The position numbers and the translations under genes were made by a program. Below, piece by piece: positions 1-10,184 of a stretch of DNA of 64,000 nucleotides. Numbering within the stretch: the stretch's first letter is position 1; every line of letters starts with the position of its first letter. This DNA comes from Spirochaetaceae bacterium. Its GTDB lineage: Bacteria; Spirochaetota; Spirochaetia; DSM-2461. The notes beneath the pieces are model-generated. The model did no database searches. It was not told the DNA's origin and saw only the letters and a program-made list of their open reading frames with translations. Location of the stretch: assembly GCA_051531975.1 (NCBI GenBank), contig JAOPTT010000009.1:320001-384000 (forward strand). Reading direction: 5' to 3'.

Positions 1-1168
1 CACTTCTAATGAGATTATTTGAAATGATATTTTCTTTGTTCACATCAATTGTACCAATATTATGGCCAAGTAAATATATACAATTGTAACCAGTATCTTC
101 TATTAAACTTCCATAAATCGTATTATTCTGCGCGTAATTATTAAAGATAACACCACAATAGCCACCATTGCTAATTCTACAAAATCTAAAAACATTGTTA
201 TAGGCATTCTCTAAGCTGATGACCCCTAATCTGTTTTCCTCAAGCTCATAGGCTTCAAAGTACACACCTCTATGTTCTATTGGATTTCTATGTTCTCTTC
301 CAGAATCAGTTATAGTAAATGTAATACCTTCGAACTCTATATTTTCAACTAAATTGCAGCTGCTGCTACCCTTTAACTTTATGATTTCTTTTATAGTAGG
401 AGCAATAATTTCTTGATTTTCTAACGAGTTATTACGTGACCAGTAGTAGAGATATCCTGTCTTACGATCAAGGTAAAATTCTCCAGGAGAATCCAGGAAT
501 TCATAAGCACCCTGCAAGAAATACCTAGCACCTTTATTCATTGGATACCGGGTTTCATTCTTAAAAGTAATAACACTATTATTCCAGTCAATATCATCAA
601 TAATATGTGTTTCACTAAACCAGTTCCAATCAGCATCACCAGGCCACATATAAATTGTTGCATTACTGTAATCAAATTGATTAATTTCCATTAAATCAAA
701 CACAATTTTCTTTTGCTGCTCATCTTCTACTTTATCGGTTACTCGCAGATATCCTTCATTTGGAATCCTTGCAAGAGTTTGTCTTTCGCCATTTTCAAAA
801 AGAGAATTAAATCGTAAATCTCCAACATAAGCTTTTTTAATTGGTCCGGAATGTTCTTCCCAATTATCTATCAACCTTCCACCAATTAGCTCAGGTTGTT
901 CTCCTGTAAAATTCTTATATTTGATTTTATAGCCATTCTTACCTGAATCTTCTTCATCAAATATAATTGTATTTTCAAGATAGTACTTCCCACCTCTAAT
1001 AAACACATCTCTATCGTATTCCATACCATTAATAGTTTGCCGTCTTATTACTTCTTTCGCTCTATTTATTGAGGCAAAAGGCATGTCCTGTGTACCGGGA
1101 TGCAAGTCATTTCCTGTCGTAGAAACGTAATACTCTTTTTTTAATTTGTCTGCTTGTTCCAAAAACAT
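1..1168 (-). CDS. Right-handed parallel beta-helix carbohydrate-active protein (GH141-like), 3' end runs off window
   Basis: Absent from the ORF track; read manually from ATG 1168 (RBS AAGGGA): MFLEQADKLKKEYYVSTTGNDLHPGTQDMPFASINRAKEV...VFIRGGKYYLENTIIFDEEDSGKNGYKIKYKNFTGEQPELIGG. The YVS..GND..PGT...PFAS and RGG.Y motifs are typical of beta-helix enzymes. Confidence 0.75.
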   Translation of the reverse strand, partial: MFLEQADKLKKEYYVSTTGNDLHPGTQDMPFASINRAKEVIRRQTINGMEYDRDVFIRGGKYYLENTIIFDEEDSGKNGYKIKYKNFTGEQPELIGGRLIDNWEEHSGPIKKAYVGDLRFNSLFENGERQTLARIPNEGYLRVTDKVEDEQQKKIVFDLMEINQFDYSNATIYMWPGDADWNWFSETHIIDDIDWNNSVITFKNETRYPMNKGARYFLQGAYEFLDSPGEFYLDRKTGYLYYWSRNNSLENQEIIAPTIKEIIKLKGSSSCNLVENIEFEGITFTITDSGREHRNPIEHRGVYFEAYELEENRLGVISLENAYNNVFRFCRISNGGYCGVIFNNYAQNNTIYGSLIEDTGYNCIYLLGHNIGTIDVNKENIISNNLIRS

Positions 1169-1179
1169 ATAAATTCCCT

Positions 1180-2964
1180 TTACAACTGACTGTCAATATT
1201 TCTATGTGGATTTCTATTTTCAGCCAAAGTAAGCATATTACTGACCTCTGCCCAACAACTTCCATTGAACACACCACCAACACACCTTGATGTTTCCCAA
1301 TCAGATAAGTTGACACGTTCACATATAAATCCCTGGGGTAATTTCTCTCTGGGTACTTTTATACCGCTACTTCCATGAACGGTAGCGTCTTTGGGCACAT
1401 CCCATGAGTAAATAGGTCTCTCATCTGTGGACATATACTGGCTGATAGTCGAAGAAATTTCCTTATACAGTTCAAAATACATTTCCTCTCCAGTGAATTC
1501 ATACAACTTAATGAGACTGTCACCTGACAAAGTACATATACCTGGTGCAGAGTGTTTATTTTGCACATTGGCAAACACAGAACCGGTGCTTTTCATATCA
1601 AGCCTGATAAATTCAGAACCTTCAGGAAATTTATAGTTATAAGTAACCACCCAACTGCTGCAAAGATGTGCTGCACTCTGTGCATAAGATAACCATTTTG
1701 CTTCTCCTGTTACATCATATAATTCAACATAACTCTCCAACAATGCAAAGGCGCTTTCACTATCAGGACACTGAAGTATCTCAGCAGGACCACCTGTTGT
1801 AAAACCTTTGGACAAGTATGTTGTATAATAGCCATCTGCAACTAATTTTGCAGTCTCCAGATACTTTTCATCACCAAAGTATTGATAGGCACTAGCGAGG
1901 CCTGCACCAACCAGGGCACCGCTTGTTGATCCTCCGACTCTAATCTCTCCCGTTTCCACATCAACATACTGTCCAATTTGACCATACCGATTAAAAACAT
2001 CTACAAACGCGTCGGCGCATTTTCTTGCACCTTCAATGAATGCATCAGGAATCTCTTCCATAATACTGAAGTGTTTAAAAAGGAAATAAAGTACATCGGC
2101 AGATCGTCTAGTCAGAGTAAATCCATCCGTACCTTCAACACCAAACCCATCGTGAACCACCGAACCATCTTCCGTTGTATTTGCGTAGAAAAAACCACTT
2201 TTACCCTGATTCTCGAAAACATGTTCCAAGGTTTTTATACCTCTTTCATATTCAAGTTTCCCACCTAATTTCATCATTGCATAACTGGATATTGCACCTC
2301 CAGTCCAGCCACTTTGCCATGATAACAGTGTCGAACCTGGAACATCAACTCCGTAAAATCCTTTTTCCTCATACCAGTTCATGGTATTATACTTATCAAG
2401 TTGAATTCTGATCTGTTCATTTCTCGGAAGAACATTAGGTAGTTCATCATCTAATCCCATAAGCTTTCTATTCTTGAAAAATATAGCAAAGAACTCCACT
2501 ATTGAATGACACTCTTCATTTATGACTTTATAGGGTATTTCCGCTTCTTTATCATGCCATTCATCATTATTTACAACCATCTTAGGCCAGACATACTTGT
2601 ACTTTCTCATAGCTGGGTAACTTAGTTGTATGCAGCCTTTTTCATAGGCTATACCTAGATTTTCTCCATCTATTTCCTGTACTGTAAAAACAAACAAACA
2701 TCTGTTATTGGACGGAGTCCATATACCAACGCAAGGTACTGAGACATCCCCTGTGGTCACTTCTATTACCCCACTTCCATCCATATTCAACCTTGGAACA
2801 TCTGTAATAAATGCAGGCATTACAATTTTTTGCTCATCCTGGTTGTACATTGGTGGATAGTTTTTCTTTAATGCTTCAAATTTATTACCATTATAACAAC
2901 ATGCAGGAAATAAAACATATTCATTGCTGTCGTACTCTTCGACATCTATTTTCACTATACTCAA
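1180..2964 (-). CDS. Uncharacterised (alpha/alpha)6 six-hairpin glycosidase-like protein
   Basis: 594-aa ORF with helical repeats (GDEKYLETAK, TGEAKWLSYA, TGEEMYFE) typical of alpha/alpha toroids; co-transcribed with a sugar ABC system. Confidence 0.55.
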   Translation of the reverse strand: MSIVKIDVEEYDSNEYVLFPACCYNGNKFEALKKNYPPMYNQDEQKIVMPAFITDVPRLNMDGSGVIEVTTGDVSVPCVGIWTPSNNRCLFVFTVQEIDGENLGIAYEKGCIQLSYPAMRKYKYVWPKMVVNNDEWHDKEAEIPYKVINEECHSIVEFFAIFFKNRKLMGLDDELPNVLPRNEQIRIQLDKYNTMNWYEEKGFYGVDVPGSTLLSWQSGWTGGAISSYAMMKLGGKLEYERGIKTLEHVFENQGKSGFFYANTTEDGSVVHDGFGVEGTDGFTLTRRSADVLYFLFKHFSIMEEIPDAFIEGARKCADAFVDVFNRYGQIGQYVDVETGEIRVGGSTSGALVGAGLASAYQYFGDEKYLETAKLVADGYYTTYLSKGFTTGGPAEILQCPDSESAFALLESYVELYDVTGEAKWLSYAQSAAHLCSSWVVTYNYKFPEGSEFIRLDMKSTGSVFANVQNKHSAPGICTLSGDSLIKLYEFTGEEMYFELYKEISSTISQYMSTDERPIYSWDVPKDATVHGSSGIKVPREKLPQGFICERVNLSDWETSRCVGGVFNGSCWAEVSNMLTLAENRNPHRNIDSQL

Positions 2965-2999
2965 GTTATTCTTCCTTTATTGATATAACTGAAATAATT

Positions 3000-3025
3000 C
3001 TTAAAAGAGGTTTCCCTCTTTTAAG
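3000..3025 (-). terminator. Stem-loop after SBP gene (partial terminator or mRNA stabiliser)
   Basis: Inverted repeat CTTAAAAGAGG-tttc-CCTCTTTTAAG. Confidence 0.6.
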
Positions 3026-3037
3026 GCTGTTAATTAC

Positions 3038-4573
3038 TTAATTTGAATAGAATGCATCGATCTGCTGCTGTGCCTCTTTTACAATAGCATCACCACCTGA
3101 TTTTCTAATTTTATCCAGAAACGTTTTTAATTCCGCTTCAGTATTCTCCAGGAAAATACCACACTCAAAAGCTGCGGAATATTCATCTATAATTGTACTT
3201 ACTGCGGACATTTCTGCTTTGACCGGATTTGAATCAAATGTAAATCCCAAAACAGAAGATGGGGTTGCAGAATCATTAAGTTCAGCTATAGCAGGACGCG
3301 TAAGTTTAGATTCGCCTTCCATTAAGTATGATTCCATATTTCCCGGTCCATATACCCATCTAACATCCGGATTATATCTATCAGTACCAACTTGAGTTTT
3401 TACAATAGTATTATCTCCAGCCATATTGTAATGAACACCTTCTATACCATAATTGATCAGGTTAAGAAAATCCTTATCACTGTAAAGAAGTTCAAAAAAC
3501 TGAATTGCTTTTTCAGGGTTTTTAGACGTCCGACTGATAGCAGTCAATGTTGCTGTTGATGAACTAGTCATAATAGTAGGATTATTAGGAGCTTTAAACA
3601 TCTCACTGTAGGTTCGGCTACCGTTGGATTCTGCAAGCGTAAGAGAGCCAGGGTGAGGATAGAAATTCCCATCCAACATCATTCCCACTTTACCTAAACC
3701 ATATAAATCACCTATGCCTGGCAATGCTATGGCATCTTCTTGTATATATCCTTTTTGCGCCCAATCAGCCATTAATAATACATAGTTCCTGAACTCATCG
3801 GATTTAAACTGATTCACTACTGTTCTAGTGTTATCTGCCAGTCTTACATAACCTGGAGCAGTCCTGCCTACAACATCATCAAATCCATTTGTCACCAACA
3901 ATTTATTCCAGTTAGCAAATCCAGGTTCACCACCGGCAGCTCCCCAGGCATAAACTTCCGGGTATTCACTTTTTACAAACTCAAGATAAGGTTCAAAATC
4001 TTTCAGACTACTGATTTTATTTATGTCAAAATCAATCTTTTCTATAGCTTTATCCATAATAGAAGCTGGAGCTCTCCACGCATTGGCCATATAGTTCATC
4101 TGCCAATTTAACATTCCATAAGTTTTCCCTTTAATTTTTGCTACATTTCTAAATTTCTGAGGTACAGTATCCGCGTATGCAGGTGCATATTTAGAAATTA
4201 AATCGTCTAGAGGTAAAAAAGCCCCTTTATCAACGTTTCCAGAGTAACTATTAGACCAGTTTCCAGTCCATGCCAAATCGTAAGGTTCTCCCGAAGCTGT
4301 AACCACCTGCATTTTTTGATCATAATCTCCCCATCCAATGTGAACAATTTTAAGCGTAGCTCCGATTTTTTCAGATAGAATAGAATTAATTTTATCCTCT
4401 ACAAGTCCCTGATCCAACTGCTCTCCGGGACCAATATGGTAGTACACCAATTCTACTAAATCGTCTTTTGTACTCTCAGTTTCACCACTAGCCCAACCCA
4501 TTGCCGGTAATAACAGAATTAATAACACTGCCAATACCATTTTGAAATTCATTCCTTCTTTGTTTTTAATCAC
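3038..4573 (-). CDS. Carbohydrate ABC transporter substrate-binding protein (LplA/DUF3502-type)
   Basis: Signal peptide, 'ASGEPYDL', 'KNPEKAIQF', 'YGIEGVHY', C-terminal 'LGFTFD..PVKAE'. GTG at 4573 follows GGAGG. Confidence 0.9.
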   Translation of the reverse strand: MIKNKEGMNFKMVLAVLLILLLPAMGWASGETESTKDDLVELVYYHIGPGEQLDQGLVEDKINSILSEKIGATLKIVHIGWGDYDQKMQVVTASGEPYDLAWTGNWSNSYSGNVDKGAFLPLDDLISKYAPAYADTVPQKFRNVAKIKGKTYGMLNWQMNYMANAWRAPASIMDKAIEKIDFDINKISSLKDFEPYLEFVKSEYPEVYAWGAAGGEPGFANWNKLLVTNGFDDVVGRTAPGYVRLADNTRTVVNQFKSDEFRNYVLLMADWAQKGYIQEDAIALPGIGDLYGLGKVGMMLDGNFYPHPGSLTLAESNGSRTYSEMFKAPNNPTIMTSSSTATLTAISRTSKNPEKAIQFFELLYSDKDFLNLINYGIEGVHYNMAGDNTIVKTQVGTDRYNPDVRWVYGPGNMESYLMEGESKLTRPAIAELNDSATPSSVLGFTFDSNPVKAEMSAVSTIIDEYSAAFECGIFLENTEAELKTFLDKIRKSGGDAIVKEAQQQIDAFYSN

Positions 4574-4600
4574 AAAGTCCTCCAAATTAAATTATATTTT

Positions 4601-4623
4601 AACAGATTTTTACAAAATCTGTT
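4601..4623 (-). promoter_or_regulatory. Intercistronic hairpin between permease and SBP genes
   Basis: AACAGATTTT-tac-AAAATCTGTT perfect inverted repeat. Confidence 0.45.
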
Positions 4624-4624
4624 A

Positions 4625-5539
4625 TTATCCTTTTACCGAGCCCATAGTTAATCCTTTAACAAAATATTTTTGAAAAAATGGAAATATAACTAACATAGGA
4701 GCCACTGCAGTAAGGCACATTGCCATACGGGCAGATTCTGTTGGGATACTGTCTGCTGATACAGAAGCACCCATCATGATCATTTTTTTAAGCGCATCAA
4801 TATTTGCCAACATACTTTGCAGCATGTGGGGTAACGTTATTAACATCCGGTCATCTATAAAGAGCATTCCAGTCCACCAGGTATCATTCCAGTATCGTAA
4901 AACCTGAAATAGTCCCAATGTTGCTATTGCAGGCTTGGAAAGAGGAATTACAAGAGAAAACAGTATTCTTATTTCCGATGCACCATCAATGTAAGCGGAT
5001 TCGGAAAGTTCCTTTGGTATCTGCTGAAAGAAGGTTTTTATAAGTAAGATATTAAATGCTTGAAGAGCATATGGAATGATATGCGCCCATATTGTATTTT
5101 TTAAATGCAGATAATTTACCATCAACATATATGTAGGTACTAATCCTCCGTTAAACAGCATTGTAAAGAATACAAAAAAAGAGAAAAAACGCCGGTATCG
5201 AAATGTAGGTAGGGATAGTGGATAAGCTATAAGTATGGATAGTATTAGGGAGATTACAGTACCTAAAACTGTTACAACCATAGAAACTATATAACTATCA
5301 ATTATCCGCTCTGGTGATTTAAATATATAACTAAAGGCTTCTAAATTAAATTGTCTTGGTATTATCTTATAGCCATGTTCATATATATAAGAATCTGATG
5401 AAAATGAGATTGAAATAACAGCTATTAACGGAATTATACATAACAGTGATATAGCTAGAAGTACTATATTCACAATCATCCTTGATAATGGTGATATACT
5501 ATTTAGTTTTCTTTTTTGGTTTACTTTAAAATAACGCAC
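4625..5539 (-). CDS. Carbohydrate ABC permease (LplC/MalG-type)
   Basis: EAA loop 'ELSESAYIDGAS', 'FNGGLVPTY', C-terminal 'FFQKYFVKGLTMGSVKG'. Confidence 0.93.
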   Translation of the reverse strand: MRYFKVNQKRKLNSISPLSRMIVNIVLLAISLLCIIPLIAVISISFSSDSYIYEHGYKIIPRQFNLEAFSYIFKSPERIIDSYIVSMVVTVLGTVISLILSILIAYPLSLPTFRYRRFFSFFVFFTMLFNGGLVPTYMLMVNYLHLKNTIWAHIIPYALQAFNILLIKTFFQQIPKELSESAYIDGASEIRILFSLVIPLSKPAIATLGLFQVLRYWNDTWWTGMLFIDDRMLITLPHMLQSMLANIDALKKMIMMGASVSADSIPTESARMAMCLTAVAPMLVIFPFFQKYFVKGLTMGSVKG

Positions 5540-6443
5540 TGTCTTTCTCCCATTTATTAACTACACCATTAGCTATCAGAATCGTTATAAGTCCGACAAT
5601 AGACTGATATAAACCAGCAGCTGTTGCCATTCCTAAATCTCCGGTAACTTTTAAAGAACGATAAACATATGTGTCCATGACATCAGTCGTCTTATACAAT
5701 ATTCCAAGATTTCTGGGCACATTATAGAAAAGACCAAAGTCAGCATAAAATATGCGGCCAATACTGAGTAAAACCATAATAGTAATAAGAGGGCGTATGT
5801 GTGGTAAAGAGATGTATATTGTTTGCTTCCATCGACCTACACCATCAATTGCAGCAGCTTCATAAAGTTGTTTGTCTACCGATATAAGTCCGGCGTAAAA
5901 GATAATGCACCAGTAGCCTATGTTTTTCCAGGTATTAAAAAAGATAAGAATCATTGGCCAGGATTTTGGATTTGTGTACCAGTTTACAGAATCGATATTA
6001 AAAAACAGTAATAACTGATTTAAAATTCCATAACGGGAACTTAAAAAACTATAAGCCATATAACTGACAACTACCCATGAGATATAGTATGGAAGAAACA
6101 AAGCTGTCTGATAAAATTTAATTGCTTTTTTACTAATTACTTCATTTAGTAATAAAGCCAGTGCCACACCACCTACTGTATTGCATATAATAAACAAAAC
6201 ATTATATCCAATAGTGTTTCGGGTAATTCTTAAGGCTGTATCTGTTTTGAAAAAGAATTCAAAGTTTTTGAATCCTACCCAGGGGCTTTTCAAAAATCCC
6301 AGATCGTAACGAAAATCCTTAAATGCCAGAAAAATACCAGCCATTGGTAGATAGTTATATACCAACATAACTGTGAATGGAATAATAAGGATTAAGAGTA
6401 ATTGTTTGTCTTGGGCTCTCCCAATTAGTTTTTTCTTATTCAT
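5526..6443 (-). CDS. Carbohydrate ABC permease (LplB/MalF-type)
   Basis: 'SPWVGFKNF', EAA 'LYEAAAIDG', 'DVMDTYVYR', 'AAGLYQS'. Confidence 0.93.
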   Translation of the reverse strand: MNKKKLIGRAQDKQLLLILIIPFTVMLVYNYLPMAGIFLAFKDFRYDLGFLKSPWVGFKNFEFFFKTDTALRITRNTIGYNVLFIICNTVGGVALALLLNEVISKKAIKFYQTALFLPYYISWVVVSYMAYSFLSSRYGILNQLLLFFNIDSVNWYTNPKSWPMILIFFNTWKNIGYWCIIFYAGLISVDKQLYEAAAIDGVGRWKQTIYISLPHIRPLITIMVLLSIGRIFYADFGLFYNVPRNLGILYKTTDVMDTYVYRSLKVTGDLGMATAAGLYQSIVGLITILIANGVVNKWEKDSALF

Positions 6444-6609
6444 GTAATAATTGTATGGCTGGCAAACTTAAACGGACAAGAGCCAAAATGCAGTGTTTTA
6501 TGTCAAAAAACTCATAATGTAAAAGTTTAAAAGTATCAAAAAGCAAAGATGCAGGATAATAATTAAAGATTCTCTTTGCCTGCAGTATTTCTTGATCTAT
6601 GATTAAAAT

Positions 6610-8892
6610 ATGCCTGTAAGAAATCAAAGTTATATGTTTAAACTCTTTTTCTCATTTGTGAGTCTAGTGACATTTATAGTACTTGTTAATTCTATTACTC
6701 AACTATTTCTATCAATAACAGAAGCAGAAAAAATAATGCATAATGCTGAACAACATAAAATGGAATTGATAAGTTACAGTGTTGACTATATGAATCAATC
6801 CACCAGGACTCTTATTCAAAATATGTTTTCAGATAATAATGTAAAGTTTTTACTGTCAACCAATGACCATGATTATTTAAAAGTACATAATTTTTTCAAG
6901 AATACTAAAAAAATTATAGCCAGCAGCCCCGAAGTACATTCTATATATCTATATAACTCAGTTCTTGATAACTACTATTCTACAACAAAGGATTTTTCCA
7001 GTACATCTGAAGATTTTTTTGATGAAGAAATTAATACATATATGAATCCTGGGAACACAATATTTTTAAAACCAATTTTCCGCAGACTCGCTGGTGGATT
7101 AGAAGTTTACTCATACATTTTATATGTTGATGTTTTTGAAAATATTAAATCCAGTGCAATTATTATAAATATTAAAGCTGATTATATAAAAAATATTATA
7201 GGTGGAATGCACTCAACCCTCTCATTAAATACTAAAATAATAATGACTAATAAAGAAGGTTATTTAATGGGGCCTGGAGAGAAATTGGAAGATATCACAT
7301 TTATAAAAAGGATTTTGGAAAGTAATAAAAAAAAGTCATACTTTATTGACACTTATCAGAATAAAAAAACATTAATAAGTTATATTTTAAAAGAAGATAC
7401 GGAATGGTTTTTTATATCACTGACCCCCTATAAGAGCATCACCGACTCTTTTAAAGTATTAAAAGTATTAATTTCACTTTCAGGGTTATTAATCCTTATT
7501 ATTGGTACTTTTTTTTCTGCACTTCTGGCAAAAAAGTTATATCTTCCATTAAAGGTTATTACAGAAACAGTAAGTGCTATAACTGGAAAAAATAGGTCAG
7601 GAAAAGATGAATTCACTTTAATAAAAGAGACCCTATCCGATTCTACAGCAAGGGCTGCACTTTTTGATTCATATAAACAAAAAAATAGCCAAACTCTTCA
7701 GACAGAGCTAATGAGAAAGCTTTTGAATCATACTGTGTCTGTTTCCGATGAAGTTATTAAGAAATGGGATGATTTAGAAATAGAGCTTGATTCCGAAAAA
7801 CCTTTTCATTTAATTCTAATTAATATAGATGATTTTTATGATCTTTCTTATAAACTAAGTTTTAATGATATGAACCTGTTATGGTTTTCTATAAATTCCC
7901 GATTTAGACAGGATCTAAGTTTCGATTTTAAATCACTATTTGTAAATATGAATGAAAGAGTATCCTGTATTATCGTCCAGAACAATAGTGAACCAAATAA
8001 CGGTGTTGAGGTTAAGTTAAGAAAGTTCCTCTCACTAATTCAAAATAAAATTTCAGAGGAGTTAGGTGTATCCATTACCATTACTATTTCAGATATTGGT
8101 CAAAGTTTATTATCACTGCCAAAGCTTTATTCTGAAACTTTGAATATGGCTGAATATCGATTATTAATAGGGCAGGGAAGCATAATAGAAAAAAAAGATA
8201 AAACTTTACAGACAACAGGATATCGTTTCCCTATTGAAGAGATACATAATTTAAATAAATTTATAAAAAACAGAGACTTTATTAATGCAAAAAAATCATA
8301 TTTATATATTGAAGAGAAATTAATAAATAATGAACCTTTTCAAATCCGTGTCGATTTAATACGTGTGATATCTTCTCTGTTTGATACAATTAAAACTTTG
8401 GAAATAAACAGCATTCTGGAATTTAATCTGGATTTCCCACAATTTATTGATGACTTAAACCGTCTGGATACAATGGGTCAAATTAGAAGCCTGTTTAATA
8501 ACTTTTTTGATAATATTGAGAATAAGTTTAATATTATTAAATTATCTAAAGTGGATGAGAATGTTGAAAAGATAAAAAAAATAATTGAACATGAATATTC
8601 AGATAAAGAGTTATCTACAAAAAGCATAGCTGACAAATTAAACATGTCTACCGGGTATATACGTCAACTATTTAAAGAATTTATGGGTGTTTCTATTTCA
8701 GAATATATTTTCTCAATAAGATTAGAAAAATCAGCAGAACTTATATCTATGCATAAACAATCATTTAAAGATGCAATGTACAGTGTTGGAGGGGATAATT
8801 ACCGGTATTTCTTAAGACGTTTTAAGGAGTATTTCGGACTGACTCCTAATGAATATCTTAAAAAAAATAATCAGGAATTTGTAGATAGATGA
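6610..8892 (+). CDS. Membrane-anchored AraC-family regulator with extracytoplasmic Cache-like sensor (YesS-like)
   Basis: Two TM helices flank a ~260-aa sensor domain; C-terminal AraC HTH ('YIRQLFK...ISEYI..IRLEKS', 'FKEYFGLTPNEY'); divergent from the ABC operon. Confidence 0.88.
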   Translation: MPVRNQSYMFKLFFSFVSLVTFIVLVNSITQLFLSITEAEKIMHNAEQHKMELISYSVDYMNQSTRTLIQNMFSDNNVKFLLSTNDHDYLKVHNFFKNTKKIIASSPEVHSIYLYNSVLDNYYSTTKDFSSTSEDFFDEEINTYMNPGNTIFLKPIFRRLAGGLEVYSYILYVDVFENIKSSAIIINIKADYIKNIIGGMHSTLSLNTKIIMTNKEGYLMGPGEKLEDITFIKRILESNKKKSYFIDTYQNKKTLISYILKEDTEWFFISLTPYKSITDSFKVLKVLISLSGLLILIIGTFFSALLAKKLYLPLKVITETVSAITGKNRSGKDEFTLIKETLSDSTARAALFDSYKQKNSQTLQTELMRKLLNHTVSVSDEVIKKWDDLEIELDSEKPFHLILINIDDFYDLSYKLSFNDMNLLWFSINSRFRQDLSFDFKSLFVNMNERVSCIIVQNNSEPNNGVEVKLRKFLSLIQNKISEELGVSITITISDIGQSLLSLPKLYSETLNMAEYRLLIGQGSIIEKKDKTLQTTGYRFPIEEIHNLNKFIKNRDFINAKKSYLYIEEKLINNEPFQIRVDLIRVISSLFDTIKTLEINSILEFNLDFPQFIDDLNRLDTMGQIRSLFNNFFDNIENKFNIIKLSKVDENVEKIKKIIEHEYSDKELSTKSIADKLNMSTGYIRQLFKEFMGVSISEYIFSIRLEKSAELISMHKQSFKDAMYSVGGDNYRYFLRRFKEYFGLTPNEYLKKNNQEFVDR

Positions 8893-9084
8893 ATCTCCGA
8901 ACTGACAATAAATTACCGCCAAAAAATATTTCAGTAATTTCATATTCTTTTAACATACCGATTCTGTATGTATGCTACTTCTAAAATCATTGCTTAATCT
9001 AATCGAGTTCACTCTCTCTTATCTCATCAACAGGAATTAAATTATTGCAAAGATTGTACTAATCTGACAAGAAAATCAGACTTG

Positions 9085-9122
9085 AAATTGATAATCCCTT
9101 ACATATAAGGAATTATCAATTT
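9085..9122. terminator. Probable intrinsic terminator downstream of ssb-like ORF
   Basis: AAATTGATAATCCCTTA-cata-TAAGGAATTATCAATTT near-perfect inverted repeat. Confidence 0.6.
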
Positions 9123-9127
9123 AAAAA

Positions 9128-10024
9128 TTATACTGCTACGTCGAGAACCTCTTCCTCTTTTACAGTATTTGCTAAGGTTTTAAACTCCACATGTTCCGTA
9201 ACTACTTTTATCCTAGAGTGTGGATTCTCGATTTCATCTACCCACCTATCCTGTTTAAGCCTTCCAACAACTCTAAACCCTCTACCCTTACAAAGATGTT
9301 TAAGACAACTTTCAGCTATTGTGGACCAGACTTCTATATTAAAGTAGGATACCTCTTTTACATAATAATCATCTTTTTTATAACTTCTGTTAAAAGCAAT
9401 TGTGAAATTACAGATAATTGTATCCTGGGGAGTTCTTCTCTCTACAGGGTCTTTAACTAAATTTCCCTCTAACAACATATCGTTATCACTATTCATAAAT
9501 TGCATATGCAAATGTGGCATTGTTGAATTCCCCGAATGCCCTAACTGTCCTATTGCATCATGTACTTTTATCTGCTGCCCAACTTTTACATTTACAGAAC
9601 CTTTTCTTAAGTGTTCTAATAATGCATATAGATTTTCTTGCACCTTTATCATTACATAATTACCGGTTACTAATTCTGGTGGTATACTATTTTTCATAAA
9701 ACCTTTGGTAACTTTTATGGTATTGATGAGATCTTTAAATATATTTACAGGATTCCTTTCGTTATTATCATTTTCTATGCGAATAACTTCACCATTAACT
9801 GGAGAATAAATGGTTTGGCCCCATCCATAGAAATCATCTAATTCCAATCCTTTTATTAAATACTGGAAGAAACTTTTACGATATGGCTTTTTGTTATTTT
9901 GTATCATCGCGAAGTCTATCGCATATTCTTCGCCAAACTTTGATGTCCCATGACTTGGAACTTTTGATCCAGGTGTGTTTGGTGATATATAAATCCCTTG
10001 TAAGGGAAAAGAAACAATGAGCAT
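9128..10024 (-). CDS. Chimeric ORF: C-terminally truncated M23 metallopeptidase fused in frame to a short single-stranded DNA-binding protein (SSB part about 9128-9496)
   Basis: M23 motifs 'GNYVMI', 'HLRKGSV.VKVGQ', 'GHSGNSTMPHLH' are followed directly by SSB OB-fold motifs 'LLEGNLVKDP', 'FTIAFNR', 'KGRGFRVVGRLKQDRW'. Likely start ATG 10024 (MLIVSFPLQG); the ORF is open to 10123. Confidence 0.8.
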   Translation of the reverse strand: MLIVSFPLQGIYISPNTPGSKVPSHGTSKFGEEYAIDFAMIQNNKKPYRKSFFQYLIKGLELDDFYGWGQTIYSPVNGEVIRIENDNNERNPVNIFKDLINTIKVTKGFMKNSIPPELVTGNYVMIKVQENLYALLEHLRKGSVNVKVGQQIKVHDAIGQLGHSGNSTMPHLHMQFMNSDNDMLLEGNLVKDPVERRTPQDTIICNFTIAFNRSYKKDDYYVKEVSYFNIEVWSTIAESCLKHLCKGRGFRVVGRLKQDRWVDEIENPHSRIKVVTEHVEFKTLANTVKEEEVLDVAV

Positions 10025-10184
10025 ATTTATACCTATATCCTTTTCATCTGATAATACTTTACTATATTTAAGATCTCTGCAGTAAGAACACAGTATTTCG
10101 TAGTTTGTTGAGTTTTTTGTCATTGTACACTTGTATTAGAAAACACGTTAACTTCATTACTTTATAAACAAGAGAGGAACAAAT

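Noticed and set aside
1107..2411. Short ORFs overlapping the 594-aa gene, and similar 60-140 aa antisense ORFs across the window
   Set aside because: They lie on opposite or alternative frames of well-supported genes and have no motifs or RBS, so they are shadow ORFs.
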